Part shown: positions 56,228-64,000 of the stretch, piece by piece
Numbering within the stretch: the first letter of the stretch is position 1
Layout: every line of letters begins with the position of its first letter
DNA from: Thermodesulfovibrionales bacterium
GTDB taxonomy: Bacteria; Nitrospirota; Thermodesulfovibrionia; Thermodesulfovibrionales; SM23-35
DNA: 64,000 nt
Direction: 5' to 3'
Assembly: GCA_963715195.1 (NCBI GenBank)
Contig: CAVQRT010000002.1
Span: 288,001-352,000 of the forward strand
Made by a program: the position numbers and the translations under genes
Notes under the pieces: model-generated
The model's input: only the letters and a program-made list of their open reading frames with translations
Database searches by the model: none
Told to the model about the DNA's origin: nothing

Positions 56228-56531
56228 TCGTTACTCACTCCTGGGGATAAGGTATGCGTAACACAATACGGCAGGTTTCTTATGCGGAGATAGTTCAGTA
56301 AGTGAAAGGAAGCATTTAGAAGACTGAAATAGTCATAAACACCACCTTTTCATCTGTAATTGCTGGAGGCAATGAGGGGAAGAAAAGGCTAATGTTATTA
56401 GTCCAACGGCCTTTGATACATAGAGTAAGAATAAAAGACCCTTGGTTATACGGGTATTTTTCGGGAAGAGAGAAATTGATATGCTCTATTTCACTTTTTA
56501 ATTTTTCAACAATATAAGACGGAGGATTACC

Positions 56532-56981
56532 ATGTTTAAAGAATTCAAGGAATTTGCAATGAAAGGGAATATGGTCGACATGGCTGTCGGAATCATTATC
56601 GGTGCAGCTTTCGGTACTATTATCAGTTCACTCGTGGCAGATATCATCATGCCACCTATCGGCCTCCTCTTAGGAAATGTCGATTTTGCTAACCTTTTTA
56701 TCCTTCTCAAGGAAGGAACCCTTCCCGGTCCGTATAGCTCTCCCGTTATTGCCAAGACCGCCGGTGCGGTAACACTTAACTATGGTGTTTTTATCAATAC
56801 CATCGTCAGTTTCCTTATTGTTGCCTTTGCCATATTCATTCTTGTGAAGAACGTAAACAAAATGAAAAAGCAACAGGAAGCACCCCCCGCGGAGCCGACG
56901 ACCAAGGAGTGCCCCTTCTGTTTCTCCGTGATACCGATCAAAGCAGTAAGGTGTGGGTATTGCACATCGGAACTCAAATAG
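56532..56981 (+). CDS. mscL: Large-conductance mechanosensitive channel with C-terminal zinc ribbon
   Basis: [31 protein letters not shown]; tail CPFC..CGYC. Confidence 0.95.
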   Translation: MFKEFKEFAMKGNMVDMAVGIIIGAAFGTIISSLVADIIMPPIGLLLGNVDFANLFILLKEGTLPGPYSSPVIAKTAGAVTLNYGVFINTIVSFLIVAFAIFILVKNVNKMKKQQEAPPAEPTTKECPFCFSVIPIKAVRCGYCTSELK

Positions 56982-57430
56982 CAAAGTCTCGCTTTTTGCA
57001 GAGGAATTGCAAAAGAGGAGAGTACTCATCCTAAATCATAAGGACTTATGGGAATCAGAGAGCGTACTAAGATTTTGAATGGCAATATTATAATTACAGG
57101 TGTTCATGGGAAAAATACCTCAGTGACTGTGGAGATACCAGTTCATGAGAAAAAGAAGAAAGAGAGCTATTTATTAAATAATACTCCATAAATACTGCTT
57201 CTTCATGGAAAAACACAGTCCTAAGAAATTCTACCTCGCAACAATTACTAATAGGCTTCCTTCCACAACTGGCGTGGCGGAATAACGCTGATTTGAAAGA
57301 CACGCGATGCCGCGTTATTGGTTCGGAGACAACCCCCCTTCCTCCTACCGCAAATTTAACAGTTCTTGGAATACTGCACATTATACCTGTTAAATCACAT
57401 TCCCAAATGAGTATTATCTGAGTTTCCGGC

Positions 57431-58030
57431 TCACATCATCACCAATATGCTCATCATGGCTATTGACCATATGATATCTACCGGGAGATGGATATCGCAT
57501 GTGGAATCCAGCAACAGGTCCGTCCGTGGAGGAAACTCATCGTCTTTTTGCCAGAGTATAAACTCTACAGGTATTCTCGGCATTGGAAAAAGCCTTAATG
57601 AAGCATCACCGTGAGTCAATACCTCTGCACAGAGATCTTTCCCCCTCCGGAGAAATGCGTCTCTATCATCCCCGTATCGCTTCGCAAGACTGTCCAGCGG
57701 AAGTGTATGGCTTCCTCTGAAAAACATCTCGCCGCCTTTTACGTTCACAGGTTTGACGAGCCTGTTGGAGAGAGGTATGTCCTTTGCATGAATCAGATAC
57801 CAAAGGCAGGAGTGGATGAAGAAATAACCGTATCTCTCTATCAGGTGCTTTGTCGAAGAGTTAACGCCTTTGACCGTTTTTTGGGCAGGACATACCCTAA
57901 AATCATGGCAGAATACTCTGACTATATAGGAAACGACATTTTCATCAAACAGCACCGATGCATTTCTGCAAACACCTGAAGGTTCAAGGCTGCTCAATAT
58001 TTCCCAGGCTCTCTCTTCTCCCGAGGACAT
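57431..58030 (-). CDS. DUF3786-like protein
   Basis: KGGEMFFRG, GDAS..PMPRIP, WQKDDEFP..LLLD. Confidence 0.75.
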   Translation of the reverse strand: MSSGEERAWEILSSLEPSGVCRNASVLFDENVVSYIVRVFCHDFRVCPAQKTVKGVNSSTKHLIERYGYFFIHSCLWYLIHAKDIPLSNRLVKPVNVKGGEMFFRGSHTLPLDSLAKRYGDDRDAFLRRGKDLCAEVLTHGDASLRLFPMPRIPVEFILWQKDDEFPPRTDLLLDSTCDIHLPVDIIWSIAMMSILVMM

Positions 58031-58193
58031 TACATGCATGATAACACATCACGAAAACCGAGCCTGGAAGGCAGGCTAAGACCCGTGGCCAATGGAATCC
58101 GATCCTCCGCTCGATCATTTTTCACCCTTTGCTCTTAGTGTAGATTGCAAGAAGGAGAAATGGGTTGTCAACTAAGGTTCATTCGGGAACACG

Positions 58194-58433
58194 ATGTCAT
58201 ACGTGAGTATCAAGGTCTTAGCTTATTCAGGTCATCGAGGCAACGAAAGACCTACGAGTGTAGAAATCTTGGACAAGTGGATTGAAGAAGATTTTTCTGA
58301 CAGGGTGAGAAAGAGATTCTTTATCGTTAGAACCGATAATGACCAGAACTATAAAATCTACATTGATGAAACGAGATTTTGGGGTCAGACTTGTTTATCG
58401 GAATTTCTGCTTCGTTTATGCAAAGGCAAATGA
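58194..58433 (+). CDS. Small hypothetical protein, possibly internally truncated
   Basis: AYSGHRGNERP, EILDKW, FFIVRTD..Y pattern; no firm family. Confidence 0.4.
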   Translation: MSYVSIKVLAYSGHRGNERPTSVEILDKWIEEDFSDRVRKRFFIVRTDNDQNYKIYIDETRFWGQTCLSEFLLRLCKGK

Positions 58434-58515
58434 GGTTCATAAGCCTCGGCTATTCGAAGGTTCAGAAAAATTTTGCAGACACCTATAGAAAATCTGGGCG
58501 CTCCCTGATGAGAAG

Positions 58516-61269
58516 TTAGCGAAAACTTTCGCGCAGATATCTCCCGGTATATGATTCTTTCACATGGATGATATCTTCCGGCCGGCCGGAGAATATTATT
58601 TTCCCGCCCTTATCTCCTCCTTCAGGACCCAGGTCTATGATCCAGTCAGAGGCCTTTATCACATCAAGGTTATGCTCGATGACGACAACGGTATTGCCTG
58701 CATCCACAAGTCTCTGCAGTATGGCAAGCAATGCTCCTACGTCTCTGAAATGCAGCCCGATCGTTGGCTCATCGAGTATATAAAGAAAACCCTTCCGTTT
58801 TGTATCATGCCCGACCGTGTCCGATGCATCCGGCATATTCATCACCTCGGCACATATCTTGAGTCTCTGGGCCTCACCCCCTGAAAGCGCTGTTGCAGGC
58901 TGCCCGAGCCTGATATACCCGAGACCGATATCTTTCATAAACTGAATTTTATTTCTCACCCGAAGGATATCTTGAAAAACATCCAACGCCTCATCAACAG
59001 TCATTTTCAGAATATCATGGATTGTTTTCCCCCGGAAGGTTACACGGAGTGCTTCCGGCTTGTATCTCCTGCCGTTACAGACTTCACACTTCACATAGAG
59101 ATCTTCAAAAAAATACATTTCCATTTTCTGATACCCGGCACCTTTGCATGCCTCACATCTGCCGCCTGTAACATTGAAAGAAAAATATCCGGGACTGTAA
59201 GCATGGGCTCTCGCCTCCGGTTGCTCGGAAAAGAGAGTTCTGATAAGATCAAATATTTTCAGGTACGTCACCGGATTTGACCGTGGACTGCGTCCTATCG
59301 GGGTTTGTGAAATAAGCTTGACCCCTTCGAGATACTCCATTCCCTCAATCTTTTTATAGGGAAGGGGGACGTCCTGTGCTGTCTTAGATTCTTTCGACAA
59401 AATTCTATGAAGCGTTTGCACGATGAGACTGCTTTTGCCTGATCCCGATACCCCGGTCACGGTTGTCAAAGTCATCAGGGGAATCTCCAGGTCAACGGAT
59501 TTCAGATTGTTCCCTGAGGCACCTGCAAGGCAGACCTTTCTCCCGTTGCCGCTTCGCCGTTTATAGGGGGAAAGCATTATCTTCTCAGTCTTTTTTATAT
59601 ACCGTGATGTAAGGGTATCCGCCTCGAGAAATTCTTCTTTCGAACCGGAGAATACGACTTTACCTCCCTGGTCCCCGCCACCCGGGCCCAATTCAACAAC
59701 CCAGTCAGCAGATTCAATGATCCCCCTGTCATGCTCAACAACCAGAATGGTGTTGCCAAGCTTTGAGAGCTCGGACATGATGCCCGCAACTACATCAGTA
59801 TCCCTCGCGTGAAGCCCAACTGTCGGTTCGTCGAGGACATACAGGGTGCCTGTGAGAAAAGACGCTATTTGGTTCGACAGGTTCACCCTTTGATACTCCC
59901 CCCCTGAAAGGGTCCTCCCCTCACGGCTCAGGCTCAGATACTCGAGCCCGACCCTCTTGAGAAAACCGGCCTTGAGGTCTATCTGCCTCAGGATCTCTTT
60001 CGCCATATCTTTCTGAAATGGAGAAATATCCGGATCTCTGAAGAATTGAAAGAGGTCCGACACGGGCATCATCGAGAGATCGGCAATATCAAGCCCTGCT
60101 ATTTTATAGGCAAGCGCATCCCGCTGCAGTCTCTTCCCCTTGCAGAGCAAACAGGTAACAGGCCGCCGGTATCTGCTCAGAAAAACCCGCACATGGAGCT
60201 TGTACCGTTTGCTCTCCATTGCCTCAAAAAAGTCGTCGATTCCGTAAAAATTGCTGCCTCCTTTAAAGAGGACCGCTTTGTCTTTATCCGAAAACTCTGC
60301 AAAAGGCTTATTGATATCAAGTCTTTCTTTCGCTGCATGCTTCAGCATCTGTTTCCCCCACCACCGGTATGCCAGTTTGTTCCAGGGGTCGACAGCGCCC
60401 TGCGCAAGCGAAAGGTTCTTATCCGGGATTATAAGATCCTCATCGTAGTTCAGGATATTCCCGAATCCTTTGCACTCAGGGCATGCTCCGACGGGGTGGT
60501 TGAATGAGAAGAGCAAAGGATACGGGGGAAGAATCTCAACATCACAGGTATCACAGGCGTTCCTTGATGAAAAAACACGGGTGGTCAGTCCCTTTTCACC
60601 AACAATGATTACCTTTATGTTCCCGTGCCCTTCTCTCCACGCCATTTCGACCGAGTCTGAAAGCCGCGGCCCGTCTCTGATGACAAGTCTGTCGAGGACT
60701 ATATCAAATCCTCCCTCCTGCGGTTCAGACAAAGCCACAACTTCACCATCGCGCCACACTCTGTAGAATCCCCGTTTCCTGAGTTCTTCCATGTTCTCTT
60801 CAGCCCTGAATACAACAACGGCCTTTGCTCCGGTATGCTGCTCAAGAAGCTCAGCAATAACCTGCGAGGGATCCCACATGCGTATCTCCCTGCTGCAGAT
60901 CGGACAGAACGGGGTTGCAATCTTGGCATAGAGGAGCCGAAAAAGATCATAAAGCTCTGTCAGCGTCCCGACAGTAGACCGCGAACCCCGGACAGGATTC
61001 TTCTGCTCAAGGGCTATGGCGGGTCTTATATTATGGATTTCGTCGACATCCGGTCTGTCCAGCTTCTCGAGGAAAAGCCTTGCATACGTTGATAACGATT
61101 CGATGAATCGCCACTGTCCTTCGGCAAAGACCGTATCAAAAGCAAGGGAAGATTTTCCCGAACCCGAGACGCCGGTGACTGCTATCACCCGGTTATGGGG
61201 AAGTTCAAGATCGATGTTTTTAAGGTTGTTCTGCCGGGCTCCTCTGATAATGAGATTTTTTTCAGACAT
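58516..61269 (-). CDS. uvrA: Excinuclease ABC subunit A family
   Basis: GARQNNLK, two [19 protein letters not shown], two LSGGE, two LDEPT. Confidence 0.93.
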   Translation of the reverse strand: MSEKNLIIRGARQNNLKNIDLELPHNRVIAVTGVSGSGKSSLAFDTVFAEGQWRFIESLSTYARLFLEKLDRPDVDEIHNIRPAIALEQKNPVRGSRSTVGTLTELYDLFRLLYAKIATPFCPICSREIRMWDPSQVIAELLEQHTGAKAVVVFRAEENMEELRKRGFYRVWRDGEVVALSEPQEGGFDIVLDRLVIRDGPRLSDSVEMAWREGHGNIKVIIVGEKGLTTRVFSSRNACDTCDVEILPPYPLLFSFNHPVGACPECKGFGNILNYDEDLIIPDKNLSLAQGAVDPWNKLAYRWWGKQMLKHAAKERLDINKPFAEFSDKDKAVLFKGGSNFYGIDDFFEAMESKRYKLHVRVFLSRYRRPVTCLLCKGKRLQRDALAYKIAGLDIADLSMMPVSDLFQFFRDPDISPFQKDMAKEILRQIDLKAGFLKRVGLEYLSLSREGRTLSGGEYQRVNLSNQIASFLTGTLYVLDEPTVGLHARDTDVVAGIMSELSKLGNTILVVEHDRGIIESADWVVELGPGGGDQGGKVVFSGSKEEFLEADTLTSRYIKKTEKIMLSPYKRRSGNGRKVCLAGASGNNLKSVDLEIPLMTLTTVTGVSGSGKSSLIVQTLHRILSKESKTAQDVPLPYKKIEGMEYLEGVKLISQTPIGRSPRSNPVTYLKIFDLIRTLFSEQPEARAHAYSPGYFSFNVTGGRCEACKGAGYQKMEMYFFEDLYVKCEVCNGRRYKPEALRVTFRGKTIHDILKMTVDEALDVFQDILRVRNKIQFMKDIGLGYIRLGQPATALSGGEAQRLKICAEVMNMPDASDTVGHDTKRKGFLYILDEPTIGLHFRDVGALLAILQRLVDAGNTVVVIEHNLDVIKASDWIIDLGPEGGDKGGKIIFSGRPEDIIHVKESYTGRYLRESFR

Positions 61270-61314
61270 CCAAATATTGTAACACTAAACCCGCTGCACC
61301 TTGTCCCCGACAAA

Positions 61315-61343
61315 TTGACAAAACGAGATGCTTGTGGTTAACT
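61315..61343 (+). promoter_or_regulatory. Sigma-70 promoter of the pyr operon
   Basis: TTGACA-N17-TTAACT with TGn extension. Confidence 0.6.
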
Positions 61344-61349
61344 ATTGTT

Positions 61350-61387
61350 ACCTTTAAAAATGGCCCCGTGAGGCTAAAAAGGGAAGG
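61350..61387 (+). promoter_or_regulatory. PyrR-binding RNA stem-loop (anti-antiterminator)
   Basis: CCTTTAA..GGCCCCGTGAGGCT..AAAGG resembles the CCNGNGAGGYU PyrR loop consensus. Confidence 0.75.
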
Positions 61388-61420
61388 AGGCAGCATATGC
61401 TGCAAAATTGCACAATTATC

Positions 61421-61450
61421 AACCTTCCGCGTATCAGGGAAGGTTTTTTT
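61421..61450 (+). terminator. Attenuator terminator upstream of pyrR
   Basis: AACCTTCC-loop-GGAAGGTT followed by a T-run. Confidence 0.82.
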
Positions 61451-61500
61451 CTGTCTGCACATTTCTCATCATTCATCCATAACATATCTGAGGTTTCAAT

Positions 61501-62058
61501 ATGTCCAAAGAATTAATGAACAAACAAGATCTCGACCGGGCTTTGACACGTATGGCCCATGAAATCATCGAGAAGAATAAAGGGATTTCAAGGCTCTGCC
61601 TGATAGGCATCCAACGCGGCGGAGTTTATCTTGCCCATCGGCTTGCAGCAAGAATTCAGTTCATCGAGAAAAGAGAAATCCCTGTTGGTTCCCTTGATAT
61701 TGCGTTCTACAGGGATGACCTGAACATACGGAAGCAGCAACCTGTTGTCAGGAGAACGGAAGTTTCCTTTGAAGTAAATGATTTAAAAATTGTACTCGTT
61801 GATGATGTACTTTTTACCGGCAGATCAATCAGGTCTGCCATGGATGCTTTAATGGATATCGGGAGACCTGCATCGATCCAGCTAGCGGTCCTAGTTGACA
61901 GGGGACACCGCGAACTACCAATTAAGGCAGATTATGTTGGGAAAAATATCCCTACGGCATTGAGCGAATTGGTCGAGGTGCAGATGGAAGAAGAAGGTTT
62001 TGAGGACAGGGTAATCATCAGGAAATCCGAACCCCCGGAAGGCAGAGATGCTGAATAA
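61501..62058 (+). CDS. pyrR: Pyrimidine operon attenuation protein / UPRTase
   Basis: [37 protein letters not shown]. Confidence 0.96.
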   Translation: MSKELMNKQDLDRALTRMAHEIIEKNKGISRLCLIGIQRGGVYLAHRLAARIQFIEKREIPVGSLDIAFYRDDLNIRKQQPVVRRTEVSFEVNDLKIVLVDDVLFTGRSIRSAMDALMDIGRPASIQLAVLVDRGHRELPIKADYVGKNIPTALSELVEVQMEEEGFEDRVIIRKSEPPEGRDAE

Positions 62059-62968
62059 CAAAGACCTTCTCGGGATCAAGGAACTCTCGGTCAAAGAGAT
62101 CAGCCTGATCATCGAGACTGCAGCTGGGTTCAAGGATATCCTCGGAAGGGATATCAAAAAAGTGCCCGCTTTACGGGGCAAAACCACCGTAAACCTCTTC
62201 TTTGAACCCTCAACCCGCACGAGGACCTCTTTTGAACTCGCAGCAAAAAGACTGAGCACCGATGTGATCAACTTCTCGGTCCCGACGAGCAGCGTCGTGA
62301 AAGGCGAGAGCTTGATTGATACGGCATTGACAGTCCAGGCCCTCGGAGCAGATTTTATCATCATACGGCACGCTTCATCAGGGGTGCCTCACCTTCTTTC
62401 GAAACATCTCAACGCTTCGGTCATCAATGCCGGAGATGGAACGAATGAGCATCCGACACAGGCTCTCCTTGACGCATTTACGATTCAGGAAAAGAAGGGA
62501 AAGATTGAAGGCCTGACGATTGCCATAGTGGGAGACATAATGCACAGCAGGGTTGCAAAATCCGATATATACTGTCTGAAAGCACTCGGAGCAGATGTTC
62601 GATTGATCGGACCTCCAACCCTGATCCCCGAAAACCTCAAAACGATAGGAGTCTCAATTTTTCATAACATGGAAGACGGGCTGAAGGGTGTTGATGTGCT
62701 TATTATGCTCAGAATCCAGATGGAACGGCAGGGGAAGGGTTTCTTCCCATCAACAGAGGAATATGCAAAAAACTGGGGACTGACCCCTGAACGCCTCTCA
62801 TGTGCAAAGGAAGACGTTATTGTGATGCACCCTGGCCCCATGAACAGGGGTATAGAAATTGCGTCTGAGATAGCAGACGGCCCGAAGTCGGTCATCCTTG
62901 AGCAGGTGACGAATGGGATAGCGGTGAGAATGTCAGTGATGTATCTGCTGTCGGGAGTAAAACGGTGA
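62048..62968 (+). CDS. pyrB: Aspartate carbamoyltransferase
   Basis: [32 protein letters not shown]. Confidence 0.97.
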   Translation: MLNNKDLLGIKELSVKEISLIIETAAGFKDILGRDIKKVPALRGKTTVNLFFEPSTRTRTSFELAAKRLSTDVINFSVPTSSVVKGESLIDTALTVQALGADFIIIRHASSGVPHLLSKHLNASVINAGDGTNEHPTQALLDAFTIQEKKGKIEGLTIAIVGDIMHSRVAKSDIYCLKALGADVRLIGPPTLIPENLKTIGVSIFHNMEDGLKGVDVLIMLRIQMERQGKGFFPSTEEYAKNWGLTPERLSCAKEDVIVMHPGPMNRGIEIASEIADGPKSVILEQVTNGIAVRMSVMYLLSGVKR

Positions 62969-64000
62969 AAATTTATATTGAGAACGGACGAATCATAGAC
63001 CCCTCACAGGACCTTGATACCGTTGGGAATATCGTTATAGATGACGGAAAAATAGCAGCAGTTATCACTCAAAAACCAAAGCAAAAATCGCACCTTAAAA
63101 ATAAGGAGCTGATAAATCCTGAAACAAGTATTTTGAATCAAGCATCCAAGGATTGCCGAAGAATCGACGCAAGCCGGATGATCGTCATCCCCGGCCTGAT
63201 TGATATGCATGTTCATCTCAGGGAACCCGGCTTTGAACACAAGGAAACGATCAGGACCGGGACAATGGCTGCGGTCAAAGGTGGGATCACGAGCGTCTGC
63301 TGCATGCCGAATACCTTTCCGGTGAATGACAACGCCAGTGTTACGGAGTTCATAAAGAGAAAGGCTTCGCAGGAAGGATGTTGTACGGTTCTCCCGATCG
63401 GTGCCATTACAAAAGGGCAGAAAGGCAGCGAGCTTGCAGAGATTGGCACCATGTGGAAGGAGGGGTGCATTGCCTTCTCGGACGATGGGCAACCGGTAAT
63501 GAACAGTCTTATTATGAGAAGGGCTCTCGAATATTCACAGGCATTCGATGTCCCCATAATCTCCCATTCTGAAGACCTGTCCCTTTCTGAAGGTGGTGTG
63601 ATGAACGAGGGCCTGCTGTCTATAACACTTGGCCTCAGGGGTATCCCTGCTGAATCAGAGCAGATTATGATCTTCCGGGATATCGTGCTTGCAGAACTGA
63701 CCGGAGGCAAATTGCACATAGCCCATGTATCCACAAAAGGCTCGGTTGATCTGATAAGGAACGCAAAAAGGAGTGGTGTCTCCATCACCGCGGAGACCTG
63801 CCCGCACTATTTCAGTATCACCGAAGATGCGATAAAAGGATACGATACTGATGCAAAGGTCAATCCCCCCTTAAGGACGGCAGAGGATGTTGAGGCTATT
63901 CAAGAAGGGCTGCGGGACGGTACAATCGATGTGATTGCATCTGACCATGCACCGCACCACCGGGATGAAAAGCTCAGGGAATTTGACATTTCGCCTTCCG
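62965..64000 (+). CDS. pyrC: Dihydroorotase (runs off the window end; absent from the ORF track)
   Basis: GTG 62965 overlaps the pyrB stop; [44 protein letters not shown]. Confidence 0.94.
   Translation, partial: MKIYIENGRIIDPSQDLDTVGNIVIDDGKIAAVITQKPKQKSHLKNKELINPETSILNQASKDCRRIDASRMIVIPGLIDMHVHLREPGFEHKETIRTGTMAAVKGGITSVCCMPNTFPVNDNASVTEFIKRKASQEGCCTVLPIGAITKGQKGSELAEIGTMWKEGCIAFSDDGQPVMNSLIMRRALEYSQAFDVPIISHSEDLSLSEGGVMNEGLLSITLGLRGIPAESEQIMIFRDIVLAELTGGKLHIAHVSTKGSVDLIRNAKRSGVSITAETCPHYFSITEDAIKGYDTDAKVNPPLRTAEDVEAIQEGLRDGTIDVIASDHAPHHRDEKLREFDISPS

Overview
Mostly housekeeping chromosome of a Gram-negative bacterium; the gene content and order look like Nitrospirota (Thermodesulfovibrionia-like) or Desulfobacterota, which is an inference. 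The window holds LPS genes (uxs, galE, GT2, msbA, rfaE1), hisA/hisF, hemL-atpZ-atpI, an RpoD-like sigma paralog, cysE/cysK, tRNA-Phe, purA/serA, degP-PIN/TRAM-ispD-ispF, selB and selA, purF, a cNMP-kinase/phosphatase pair, an AT-richer accessory stretch, uvrA, and pyrR-pyrB-pyrC with a PyrR attenuator. Main finding: the RNA ligase RtcB, which the ORF track splits in two, is one continuous 481-codon frame (14410->12965). Its only internal stop is a UGA exactly at the metal-binding active-site Cys (GVGYDIN-U-GVRLL). A long hairpin starts 11 nt after that UGA, an archease gene lies directly upstream, and selA and selB are in the same window. This is a candidate selenocysteine-dependent RtcB/archease RNA-repair system. 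Other observations: small repeats inserted in-frame in hisF, archease and pyrC; a REP-like GTCATTCC..GGAATGAC family; a sigma-54 promoter driving a sigma-70 paralog; and four +1 frameshifts with a shared signature that suggests consensus artefacts. All family calls come from reading motifs, not from database searches.
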